The position numbers and the translations under genes were made by a program. The notes beneath the pieces were generated by a model. It saw nothing but the letters and a program-made list of their open reading frames with translations, was not told where the DNA came from and ran no database searches. Shown here in pieces: positions 9,150 through 18,443 of a stretch of 57,861 nt of DNA. Positions within the stretch are counted from its first letter, which is position 1. Each line of letters opens with the position of its first letter. Where the stretch lies: the NCBI GenBank assembly GCA_963532195.1, contig CAUSKH010000001.1, positions 1 to 57,861 of the forward strand, read 5' to 3'. Source of the stretch: an uncultured Candidatus Saccharibacteria bacterium. Its GTDB lineage: Bacteria > Patescibacteriota > Saccharimonadia > Saccharimonadales > Saccharimonadaceae.

Positions 9150-10067
9150 GACTCGTACCGGACGAGACGAGCGAATCGCCACTATCTCTTTGACCGGACC
9201 GAGGTTGATATTGTCACCGGAGATATTAGCAGTGATATCTGCTCGGTTACCGATGAACTTTAGCTCTTCCAGGTCAGTCAGAACACCCGGCAACTTAGCC
9301 GTCCAGAGACCGGCCATCAAGATCTTTTGCCCCAGGTTCTTCCCCTTAGTCATAGCGTGATGAAAAAAGAACTCCGAACGGGCCAGCCTGATATCTTTGG
9401 GTAGGCGTAAAACGTTATGGGCGGCCGAAATAGTGAAAAAGCCGATCGAATCGTCCCGCATTAGTCGCCCGTCTCGGTAAAAATCGGGAAACTCCAGCCG
9501 ATCGATCTGACGAGATATTTTTCCTAATTGATTGAGCGGTAGGGAAGCAGCCGGTGATAAACGTCGAAGCGTCCGACGAGCTCGTCTGATCGGAGTCTGA
9601 TTAAGACAATCAACCAGGACGGTCGTCGCCCCGAAAGTGACATAAGAAGCTAGCGAGAAAGTGAGCCTTCCGTCAACTACGATATTGAGCGGATGATAAT
9701 CAACTACCGACTGGTTAAGGATTGCCCGAGCCGAACGGTGATGACCGTTAAAGGCTCGAGAGATATCATTACCGTTACCTAGGGGGATAGTACCGTAGAC
9801 AATTGCCCGGTTAGCCTGATAAACCGCCTGAAAAGTCACCTGAGCGATGCCGTCGCCTCCCGCCGCAATGACCAGATCACCATCCAGCAGCTCCGGAGAT
9901 AACCGCTCGATCACTCGGTGATAGGGGATATTGTCCAGACAGACTTCCCGCAGCCCCCAGCCAAGCTCTTGACCGGTAGCAACCAGTCGATCACGCACCT
10001 GCTGATATCGTTTCGCCTTAGTCGAGTGATGGGAAAAGACGACGACGATACGTTTGATACCATCCAT
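9138..10067 (-). CDS. diacylglycerol-kinase-family (DAGKc) protein
   Basis: AAGGDG and IPLGNGNDISRA motifs. Confidence 0.75.
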   Translation of the reverse strand: MDGIKRIVVVFSHHSTKAKRYQQVRDRLVATGQELGWGLREVCLDNIPYHRVIERLSPELLDGDLVIAAGGDGIAQVTFQAVYQANRAIVYGTIPLGNGNDISRAFNGHHRSARAILNQSVVDYHPLNIVVDGRLTFSLASYVTFGATTVLVDCLNQTPIRRARRTLRRLSPAASLPLNQLGKISRQIDRLEFPDFYRDGRLMRDDSIGFFTISAAHNVLRLPKDIRLARSEFFFHHAMTKGKNLGQKILMAGLWTAKLPGVLTDLEELKFIGNRADITANISGDNINLGPVKEIVAIRSSRPVRVLFN

Positions 10068-10070
10068 AGC

Positions 10071-11915
10071 CTATTGATTGGGAGTGGTCGAGATTAGACG
10101 GGTTTCTGTCTCTGAAGGTAAGATCTGAATCATCACATGGTTCTGCCCGGCAAAGAAGAGACCCTGCCCGACCGAGAAGTTCGATAGCCGCTTTAGCTCC
10201 TCTTCCGTTAGCTTAAAGACTCGCCCTAAGACATCAATGGCTGTCGGTGATTGCTTCAGTAAAATCTGGATCGATGAGTTAGCGACGATCGCCTGACCCA
10301 TCGGTGAAGTGATGAAGTCACCAACATCCTGAGTCACTGTAGTCAAGCCGAGGTTGTACTTACGAGCCCGCTTAGCCAGTGAGAACATAAAGTTAGCACT
10401 GTCGGGATATTTCATCAATTGCCATGCCTCATCAACGATCAGGAAGCGTTTGCGCTGGTCTGAACGTACTTTACCCCAGATATGGTTCAGCACGATATAC
10501 ATCGCCACCGGCCTGAGCTCATCCTCAAGGTCACGGATATTAAAGACTACCATGTGGTTATTGATCGCCACGTTACTCTGCTGTGAAAAGATACCGGCAA
10601 ATGTCCCTGTCGTATATTGACGCAGGCGTTGAGCCAGCTCCGGACCGGTACCACCCATATGGAGTAGAGTATCCATCAAGTCAGACATGATAGGCGGGGT
10701 AGAGTTCTGGGTCAGCGGGTCGGAAGTGATACCGGCTCGAGCATAGGTATCGATCAGAGCCTGGTCAAGATCAGCCTCCTCCCTGGGAGTTAAGATATTA
10801 ACTACCGTACCATCTGAAGCTACCTGGCTTGAGCCCAGCATCTGACGCAGTAAGCCGTGTAGAGTGATTAGGTTAGCCCGGAGAGCATCGACTTCATCAC
10901 CGGCATTAACGTCATCTTGATCGATCACTCGAGGCAAGTCAAAGGGGTTGACCCTGGTCTCACTGCTGAGTGACAAGCGGATATACGAGCCGCCAACCGC
11001 CTCACAGAGCTTCTGATACTCGTTCTCCGGGTCGATAATGATGATATCCACCCCCATCATCATCGACCGGAGTGCTTCCAGCTTAACGGTAAATGACTTA
11101 CCTGAGCCGGATTTAGCGAAGACGACCATGTTGTAATTCTCTAAGCTGAACCGATCAAAGATGATCAGACCGTTGTTATGAAGATTAACCCCGTAAAAGA
11201 TGCCGTTATCCTGAGTCAAATCGGCTGAAGTGAAGGGGAAGGTAGTCGATAGAGCACCGGTATCCATGTTGTGACGGATCTGCAAATCATCAGTAAACTG
11301 CGGCACGGTCGAGTTAAGACCTTGCTCCTGCTGAGCGCTAGCCACCTTGGTTAGTACCATCTGCTGGCCCAGTAAAGTCTCAATCTTATGAGTGACAAAG
11401 GCAAGCTCACTTTCACTCTTACATGACAGCGTCAAGTACAAGCCGAAACGGAAGAACTTTTCTGACCCTACCTGAAGCTTGTCTCGCAGCTCTTCCGCAT
11501 CTTGGTATGATGCCTGCATGGCCGGGTCACGCACCATACCTTTCTCGGCATTGATCTGCATCGACGCCTCAAGCTGAGTCACTTTGCGCTGTAGATTCTC
11601 CATGACTACCCGGGAGTCAACCGGATAGATAAACATCGAGATATCCAGGACTTCGTCAAGGTTAATGATTGATGACAGCCAGCCGGTATAAATAGACCGG
11701 GGATATCCGTAGACATAGAGAGTCCGGCAGAAGCGAGTACCTAGGTTAAAGTAATTAGACTTGAACTCCAGACTAGCCGGAGCTACTAAGTCACGTAGAG
11801 TAGTAATACCTTTTTGTAGGACACTCTCTACTTCGGAGGCTTCTCGAGCTTGCTGCTGAGCTAACAGGCTGGCCTGTTGCTGCTGGGCTTTCTTCTTATT
11901 CCGGTCTTTGCTCAT
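10071..11915 (-). CDS. virB4: VirB4-like type IV secretion ATPase
   Basis: Walker A AKSGSGKS, IIDPENEY, NPFD, Walker B LIVDEAW, KRARKYNLG..TQDV. Confidence 0.88.
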   Translation of the reverse strand: MSKDRNKKKAQQQQASLLAQQQAREASEVESVLQKGITTLRDLVAPASLEFKSNYFNLGTRFCRTLYVYGYPRSIYTGWLSSIINLDEVLDISMFIYPVDSRVVMENLQRKVTQLEASMQINAEKGMVRDPAMQASYQDAEELRDKLQVGSEKFFRFGLYLTLSCKSESELAFVTHKIETLLGQQMVLTKVASAQQEQGLNSTVPQFTDDLQIRHNMDTGALSTTFPFTSADLTQDNGIFYGVNLHNNGLIIFDRFSLENYNMVVFAKSGSGKSFTVKLEALRSMMMGVDIIIIDPENEYQKLCEAVGGSYIRLSLSSETRVNPFDLPRVIDQDDVNAGDEVDALRANLITLHGLLRQMLGSSQVASDGTVVNILTPREEADLDQALIDTYARAGITSDPLTQNSTPPIMSDLMDTLLHMGGTGPELAQRLRQYTTGTFAGIFSQQSNVAINNHMVVFNIRDLEDELRPVAMYIVLNHIWGKVRSDQRKRFLIVDEAWQLMKYPDSANFMFSLAKRARKYNLGLTTVTQDVGDFITSPMGQAIVANSSIQILLKQSPTAIDVLGRVFKLTEEELKRLSNFSVGQGLFFAGQNHVMIQILPSETETRLISTTPNQ

Positions 11916-12729
11916 CGTACATCGTACCTACTAGATTAAGTTTAGCTTCACCCTGACCTTTCTGAACTACGTCGCCCAGATATTGTCGAAAATCACCGAT
12001 CGGTTGACGCAGAGCAGTGTCGGGGTTGTAGACATTATAATAAAGCTCACCCAGTTCCTTAGTATTTAGTCGAACCGACTTAACACCGGTCTGACGCAAT
12101 CCACCGATCACTGCCGTCACTCGGTTATTAAGCTCACTCTTCGCCTTAGCATATTGATCAGCCGGAATCTTGACATAGATATGGGTATCATTACTACTGA
12201 ACATCTTAGCGATGAGCCCCTTATTACTGGATGAGTCACCGATCCGCTGCTTACCCTCACTGGTGTCATAAGGGATGATCACAAAGAAACTCTTATCCAT
12301 GATATTCGCCTCCTTGGAAATGGCGTTAATAAACCGGATGTAATCATCCATTAGGACACCGAGGAGCATGTTGTCTTGGCGTTGACGCACCTGAGAGAGC
12401 TTATTTAGATATGGACCGATATCAACCCGCTCCGAACGAATATAGATCTGAATCGGGAAGTTAAGCGCATTAATGAAGTCCTGGTAGGCATACTCGATAC
12501 TCTCACGCTCCTTAGCGCTAACCAGGTCAAAGTTGATGGAATGAGCCGCTACCACCGCTCGGAAGGACCCATCACTCATGATCACCATATCATCCCTCAG
12601 TTCACTAAACCTCAAGGCGTTCTGGGTGGAATTAGGATGCTTAGGCTTAACCGTCTGAGGCATGCTAACCCCACCTCTAGCATTGGGCTGAGGCTGATTT
12701 GGTATCGGTTGACTCGTGTTTGGCTGCAT
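11896..12729 (-). CDS. T4SS-associated protein resembling the VirB4/TraC N-terminal region
   Basis: Lies between PrgI and VirB4 and overlaps the VirB4 start; INFDL.S..ER......Y..F.NAL.FPIQI and ELGELYY..YNP motifs. Confidence 0.65.
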   Translation of the reverse strand: MQPNTSQPIPNQPQPNARGGVSMPQTVKPKHPNSTQNALRFSELRDDMVIMSDGSFRAVVAAHSINFDLVSAKERESIEYAYQDFINALNFPIQIYIRSERVDIGPYLNKLSQVRQRQDNMLLGVLMDDYIRFINAISKEANIMDKSFFVIIPYDTSEGKQRIGDSSSNKGLIAKMFSSNDTHIYVKIPADQYAKAKSELNNRVTAVIGGLRQTGVKSVRLNTKELGELYYNVYNPDTALRQPIGDFRQYLGDVVQKGQGEAKLNLVGTMYDEQRPE

Positions 12730-12740
12730 ATACTCCCACT

Positions 12741-13919
12741 CTAGTGTAATCTGATATCAATCGTCCCCGGCTTCGGTTTCTCGGTAGGCGGATTAGGCTT
12801 AGCTGCCGGCGGTGGAGATGATGGTGATATCCTTTGATCCATTATAGCAGGCTTAGCCGGGATTGGGCTAGATGCCGTAGCTGCTTCCGGTGCCGGATTG
12901 GTCGGCTGAACTTGACGTACCCGAGGAACGATCGGGTGGAACTGCGGACCGGTTGCGACCGAGTCTACCGGTGGCTGAACCGGCTGAGACAGTGGGGGCT
13001 GCGGCTGCACCGAAGGTGAGACCGGCTGAGGCTGCTGAGGCGCCATTGGCACCGGATGCTGAACCGGCACCATAGGCTGCTGCGGTATTTGGTACTGAGC
13101 TTGACCGGGATTAGGAATCGGTGTCGCCGTAACCGGATTAGCAGGTAGCTGATAGGCGGCATTAGCGACCGGCTGAGCAGGTGGGGCAGTCTGGCGGATG
13201 GGGTGATTGATTAACTGAGGAATCGGCTGCTGAGTGGTTGGTCGAGCAGGGGGAGCCGGCATCACCGGCATGGTAGCAGTCTGTTGTAGTTTAGAAGCAG
13301 CCTGCTTAGCCAGCACTTGATTGGTCGCTACTTGTTTCATCCGATTGATCGCCCGGTTGCGAGCCTCTACCTCTGATTGATCCAGCTTCCGCTCCAGCGA
13401 CTCCGACATATTGCCTTCCTCCAGTATGTCAGGAGTATTACTGACACTGGAGGCGATATCGTCGTTGAGGTTAGTATTATTGACCGGCACACCCATACCC
13501 CTGGTTGACCAACCCTGTGTATCGGATAGTTTAGCCAGGAAGGACAGCCGCTGTGATACTTCTTCACCGGCCAGATCTTTAGTCTTCGGACTGGTATCAA
13601 CGATCGGCGCACTGATCTCGACAGTTGACTTCTCACCATCTGCCTGCCAGACCTTCAACCGGGGGGCGAAAGCATAGCGGACTAATGCCGCCACATAGAC
13701 CTCAGTCGGCTGATCTTTACGCAGGGGAAGAGCGATCACCAGGAAAAAGAGACTAAACGGAGCCGGTATCAGAGCTAACGGAATCGAGATCCTACCCAAG
13801 AAAAAAGCGACGAAACCGGCCCCCAGAGCGACTAATAGGAACATAAATTGACGAAAGCTAAACGGACCGATCAGCTTATCCTCGGCCTCAACGTCCTGCG
13901 GAACTTTATGTTCTGCCAT
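12741..13919 (-). CDS. prgI: PrgI-family (VirB3-like) protein with long Pro/Gln-rich tail
   Basis: MAEHKVPQDVEAEDKLIGPFSFRQF followed by two TM helices; start moved from 13949 to 13919 because TGCTATAAT sits 7 nt upstream. Confidence 0.8.
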   Translation of the reverse strand: MAEHKVPQDVEAEDKLIGPFSFRQFMFLLVALGAGFVAFFLGRISIPLALIPAPFSLFFLVIALPLRKDQPTEVYVAALVRYAFAPRLKVWQADGEKSTVEISAPIVDTSPKTKDLAGEEVSQRLSFLAKLSDTQGWSTRGMGVPVNNTNLNDDIASSVSNTPDILEEGNMSESLERKLDQSEVEARNRAINRMKQVATNQVLAKQAASKLQQTATMPVMPAPPARPTTQQPIPQLINHPIRQTAPPAQPVANAAYQLPANPVTATPIPNPGQAQYQIPQQPMVPVQHPVPMAPQQPQPVSPSVQPQPPLSQPVQPPVDSVATGPQFHPIVPRVRQVQPTNPAPEAATASSPIPAKPAIMDQRISPSSPPPAAKPNPPTEKPKPGTIDIRLH

Positions 13920-14013
13920 GAGCATTATTATAGCACAGCGATATATCAAACATAAGCATTTTTAAGGGGTCAGGATTTGCTATCAGGCGATTTGACATGT
14001 ATTATATTAGATA

Positions 14014-14886
14014 GTGGTAATGAGACATGAAGTGAGTAATGACAGCCACCCCGAGCGGGTGTTTTTTGCTCGTGTCTCGACCGGTGATAGCCAGACGCCG
14101 GTCATCTCATTACGACGAGCCACCAAGACATTCGGCTTCGACGACTCAGCTACTGACGCCATCGTCAGTATCAATCTGGAGATCCAGCGAGGCGAGTTCG
14201 TCGCCATCATGGGTCCGAGTGGCTGCGGTAAGACAACTCTGCTGAATATCCTGGGGCTGCTTGATCAGCCCACCATTGGTCGCTACCTATTTAACGGTAG
14301 AGATGTCGGCAAGTTTAGCAGCAGTCGTAAAGCCAGAATCCGCAATCGGGAGATCGGTTTTATCTTTCAGAACTTTAATCTAGTGACTAATATGACCGTG
14401 CTGGATAACGTCGTCTTACCGCTGACTTACCGGCACGGCTGGAACTATAAGAACCTGGAGAAGGCCAGCCAGCTGCTGGATGCTATCGGGCTGAAGAATC
14501 GGGAATATTTCAAGCCCAACCAACTTTCCGGCGGTCAGATGCAACGGGTAGCCATCGCCAGAGCCTTGATCAGTCGCCCCTCAATTATCTTAGCCGACGA
14601 ACCGACCGGCAATCTGGATAGTAATAATAGCCGGGTCATCATGGACTTACTGACTGAACTCCACAAGAAGGGTAACACCATCCTGATGGTGACCCATAAT
14701 CCCGAACTGCTGAAGTTTGCTTCCAGGGTAATCTATATGAGAGATGGCCAGATCGAGCGAGATGAAGAGCTGACCGAGACCAAGGCCTTTAAGGTAACCA
14801 AACGGACTATCTCCAACCGGCAGAAAAAAGCAACTAATTCACTGAAGCGACAGAAACGTCTAACCAGAGTGAGGCGACACAAATGA
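14014..14886 (+). CDS. ABC transporter ATP-binding protein (LolD/MacB-like)
   Basis: GPSGCGKT, LSGGQMQR, ILADEPTGNLD, VTH; start uncertain. Confidence 0.92.
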   Translation: MVMRHEVSNDSHPERVFFARVSTGDSQTPVISLRRATKTFGFDDSATDAIVSINLEIQRGEFVAIMGPSGCGKTTLLNILGLLDQPTIGRYLFNGRDVGKFSSSRKARIRNREIGFIFQNFNLVTNMTVLDNVVLPLTYRHGWNYKNLEKASQLLDAIGLKNREYFKPNQLSGGQMQRVAIARALISRPSIILADEPTGNLDSNNSRVIMDLLTELHKKGNTILMVTHNPELLKFASRVIYMRDGQIERDEELTETKAFKVTKRTISNRQKKATNSLKRQKRLTRVRRHK

Positions 14887-16073
14887 ACCTAGCTCTTCAC
14901 CTAGCAAAAGATAGCCTGCGTCATCACCGCTTACGAGTGAGGCTATCAATGATCGGCATCATCATCAGTGTCTTCATCATTTCGCTAGTCATCATCATTA
15001 GCGATAGCGTCAAGCTTAGCTTTTACCATCAGCTGGAGCGGATAGACAAGAGATCAATTATCATCAGCGGAGCTAGGGACAGCGGACTAATCAATCTGCC
15101 TTTTAGTACCCCTAGAGACACCTTGCGTAATACCGATATCAAGCAAATCAGCAAGATCATACCTAAGAGCTCCGCCATTCATAGTACGCTGATTACTTCG
15201 GGCGGTATTCAATTCGGCAAGACGAAAGTCACCAGCCAAATCATTGCTACTTCGGTGACTAACCCGGCTAACTTAGAACTCCACATGCTCAACGGTAGTT
15301 GGTTTGAAGACGAGAAAGATAAGAACCTGGTTATCCTGGGCGAAGGCTTGGCAAATCAGCTGCTCGGTACTAATCAAGCTCGCAGCCAGGTCATTACTAT
15401 CAAAGGACAACGCTTCACGGTCATCGGGGTAATCCGCCGAACCAACCAGGCCCTATCTATCCGAGGCTACAATACCGACTATTCCGCTTACATTTCCCTG
15501 GACAACGGTCAACGCCTGATTCGGAGTGATAACGTCAGTCAGATCATCGTCACTAAAATTAGCAAAATAGATCAGACTAAGACCAAGCTGAGCCAAATCT
15601 TAACTCACCAACATGCCGACAGTAGCGACTATTCAATTACCAGCGGTGAAGATATCTCAGCTAAGATGAATGATCTAGTCCGAATACTGGTTATGTCGTC
15701 ACTCGGTATTACCGGTCTGATCCTCCTGATCAGTAGCATTAGCTTAGCTAATATCATGCTGGTCGGGGTAATCGAACGTCAACGAGAAATCGGCATCCGT
15801 AAAGCCGTCGGTGCTGATACCAAAGATATCGTCAGTCAATTCTTAGCCGAAGCTCTAATCATCTCTCTGAGAGGCGGACTGGTCGGACTGCTGCTAGCGT
15901 ATACAGTCGCCTCTATCTACCTGCTCACTCACTCGATGATGATCAGCTTCAGCCCGCTAGCCATCATACTCGGACTGGTCGTACCGACAGTGACCGGTCT
16001 GATCGCCGGCGTTTACCCTGCCTACAAAGCATCGAAACAAGATATCATCTCTGCCCTTAATCAACTAACCTAG
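14883..16073 (+). CDS. ABC transporter permease (MacB/FtsX family)
   Basis: TM-large domain-3TM topology; ERQREIGIRKAVGA, QFLAEA, GVYPAYKAS. Confidence 0.9.
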   Translation: MNLALHLAKDSLRHHRLRVRLSMIGIIISVFIISLVIIISDSVKLSFYHQLERIDKRSIIISGARDSGLINLPFSTPRDTLRNTDIKQISKIIPKSSAIHSTLITSGGIQFGKTKVTSQIIATSVTNPANLELHMLNGSWFEDEKDKNLVILGEGLANQLLGTNQARSQVITIKGQRFTVIGVIRRTNQALSIRGYNTDYSAYISLDNGQRLIRSDNVSQIIVTKISKIDQTKTKLSQILTHQHADSSDYSITSGEDISAKMNDLVRILVMSSLGITGLILLISSISLANIMLVGVIERQREIGIRKAVGADTKDIVSQFLAEALIISLRGGLVGLLLAYTVASIYLLTHSMMISFSPLAIILGLVVPTVTGLIAGVYPAYKASKQDIISALNQLT

Positions 16074-17084
16074 CCGGATAGAGTGGTGATCACCCCGATA
16101 GTCGAGAGTCGTAGCGATAGTATGACTCTGAAAGCTAGGCAGATCATAGAGGTTGATCCGGCGACTATAGTCAAGCTCGCTATCAATGTCGTCAAGTAGG
16201 ATCACTACCTGATCACCATACTGTTGACGAGCCAGCTTAGTGATGATGCTAAGCAAGGCAAAGATAATCGTCCGGTTCTCACCTCGACTCGCTACCGATT
16301 TTGCCTCGTTATCACCAAAAATAAACTTGTAGTCGTCTTTCTGGGCGCCGATAGTGGTCAAACGATCACGAGAACCGGTCAGTCGGTGCATAATCGCCCA
16401 GTCGGTCATTGGTGCTCCCGGACTAAATCTCAGCTGAACCATCTGATTCGACCCGGCGATTTGCTGATATTCCGCTGACAGCATCTCACTGATTATTTGT
16501 AAATATTGACGACGTCGCTGAGAGATAGTACTACTGAGATCGCTGAATTGAATATCCCAGATCATCAGCTCCTCGGCAGAATAGTCATCTTGTTTCAGTA
16601 GAATATTTCGTTGCTTCAGTACTCGGTTAAACTTATTAAGCTCTCGCTGGTGGGTAGGCTCAAGCTGAGCGATGAAACGATCGATAAATTGACGACGCCT
16701 GGTAGGAGAGCCGTAGAGTAGCTGCATATCACCCGGCTCAAATAGTATCACCGGTACTTTCATCGCTAGCGGCAACCTACAGTACGTCCGATCATTAACC
16801 GTAAAGGACTTCTGACCCAACTGATATTTGATCGTTCTGGTAGTCTCTTTAGCTTGATCGGTTAAATCAACTCGCCACCAGTCGGAGGATTGGTGGCCAG
16901 CCTGACGACGAATCTGATCGAAGTTTGACCGCCAGCTCTTCCCTTGATAAGCCAGATATATTGCCTCGATGAGCGAAGTTTTACCACTACCGTTCGGTCC
17001 GGTGATGATCGTTAATTCACTCGGTAGCTCAACTTGATAGTCTTGGTGGCAACGAAAGTTCTGCAGGCGTAAAAGGTGAGACAT
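16065..17084 (-). CDS. recF: DNA replication/repair protein RecF
   Basis: LQNFR, GPNGSGKTS, P..RRQFID, VILLDD..SELD; directly downstream of dnaN. Confidence 0.9.
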   Translation of the reverse strand: MSHLLRLQNFRCHQDYQVELPSELTIITGPNGSGKTSLIEAIYLAYQGKSWRSNFDQIRRQAGHQSSDWWRVDLTDQAKETTRTIKYQLGQKSFTVNDRTYCRLPLAMKVPVILFEPGDMQLLYGSPTRRRQFIDRFIAQLEPTHQRELNKFNRVLKQRNILLKQDDYSAEELMIWDIQFSDLSSTISQRRRQYLQIISEMLSAEYQQIAGSNQMVQLRFSPGAPMTDWAIMHRLTGSRDRLTTIGAQKDDYKFIFGDNEAKSVASRGENRTIIFALLSIITKLARQQYGDQVVILLDDIDSELDYSRRINLYDLPSFQSHTIATTLDYRGDHHSIRLG

Positions 17085-18182
17085 CTATGACTTAACCGGC
17101 ATTATGATATGACGATAATCCGGTTTTTCTCCCAGCAGAAGTACCGGCGCCAGCTTGCCGTTAAACATGATCCGGACTTTATCTCCCTCCAGACAATTCA
17201 GAGCATCTAATAAAAATTTAGAGTTGAGACTGACCATACACGGCTCAGTTCCTTTCGCTACGATGTCTGCCTCAATCGACGAAGTGTTATCACCGAGCTG
17301 AGAAGTGATAGAGCGAACACTTAAGAGTTTATCAGTAGGATTACCCTCGATAATGATCGACCCGGCACTCTCTCGAGCGAATAGCTCAGCTACCTTAACT
17401 ATCTTAATGAACTCCGCTCGCTCCACCGTTATCTGATAATTCGTCTCCGTCGGGATAAGCTGTCGATAGTCGATGAACTTACCGTCTATCAAGCGTGAGG
17501 TAACCGAGACATTATCAAGCAGGAAGGTTATCTGATCGTCCTTGTACTTCACCTCCACCTCAGTCAGATCACCCAGTAAGCGCACCACTTCGGCTAGAGT
17601 ACTACTGGGGATAATCGCCGAGACATCCCGCTTAGACTCAGTCAACTGCGACTCAGCCAAGCGATAACCATCAGTTGCCACCATATAAAGCTGACCATCC
17701 TGCGAGTACAGATAGACACCGGTCAAGATTGGTCTGGTAGTATCGTTACTTGACACCAGCGCCGTCCGACTAATCGATTTCTTCAGCTCTTCGGCAGAGA
17801 CTTTCAGCTTATCTTTCTCATCCGACTCAGGTAAAGCCGGATAGTCATCAGCTAAGATCGAGTTAATGGTCGACTTAAACCCTTCGGTGCTGACCTTTAG
17901 CTTTGATTCATCTGTCTCTAGAGCAATATTAGTGTGCGGTAGATTACTGATGAAATCAGTTAACAGACGAGCCGGTACGGTGATCGCCCCCTGTTCTTTT
18001 ACTTGCGCTCCGATGACGGAGATAATTGCCACTTCGAGATTGGTAGCGGCAATAGTTAGTTTATTCTGATCGGTTCGCAGCAGGATATTAGCTAAGATTG
18101 GCATACCGGCTTTAGCCGTGGCGACTCGCCCAACGGCATTTAGTGCTCTGGCGAGGTTGTCTTGTTTGACAGTTAGTTTCAT
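17085..18182 (-). CDS. dnaN: DNA polymerase III beta clamp
   Basis: ATNLE, RPILTG, VATDGYRL, SRLIDGKF..Y, IMPV; GGAGGGA SD. Confidence 0.97.
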   Translation of the reverse strand: MKLTVKQDNLARALNAVGRVATAKAGMPILANILLRTDQNKLTIAATNLEVAIISVIGAQVKEQGAITVPARLLTDFISNLPHTNIALETDESKLKVSTEGFKSTINSILADDYPALPESDEKDKLKVSAEELKKSISRTALVSSNDTTRPILTGVYLYSQDGQLYMVATDGYRLAESQLTESKRDVSAIIPSSTLAEVVRLLGDLTEVEVKYKDDQITFLLDNVSVTSRLIDGKFIDYRQLIPTETNYQITVERAEFIKIVKVAELFARESAGSIIIEGNPTDKLLSVRSITSQLGDNTSSIEADIVAKGTEPCMVSLNSKFLLDALNCLEGDKVRIMFNGKLAPVLLLGEKPDYRHIIMPVKS

Positions 18183-18190
18183 GATCCCTC

Positions 18191-18345
18191 CTTAATTAAA
18201 TATATCTTACTCATCATCATAAGGTATGTGGATAAAGTGGAAAACCGACCTGCTATACTCGGTCGATAGCTGCTAGGCGATAGTGGATAAAATGGGGGAT
18301 AGATAGTGTAGAAAGCAGGAAAAGTGGGGGTGCTTTTACACACCG
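18191..18345. other. oriC sub-region between dnaA and dnaN (DnaA boxes, trinucleotide run, AT-rich tract)
   Basis: Perfect box TTATCCACA (minus strand, 18227-18235) in tandem with TTTTCCACT (18236-18244), more near-boxes around 18282 and 18334; TCATCATCAT and CTTAATTAAATATAT adjacent. Confidence 0.75.
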
Positions 18346-18443
18346 GCTTCAAAATATAGCTGGGCGTCGAGTAATGTGACAAACCATCATCAGGTTGCGA
18401 TACTATCAAAACACAGATTAGTCGCAGTATATCCCCAGCCCGG

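Noticed and set aside
10071..13919. Integrative conjugative element or plasmid
   Set aside because: No relaxase, integrase, coupling protein, att repeats or compositional break; genes are interleaved with groESL, PGI/PMI and the origin.
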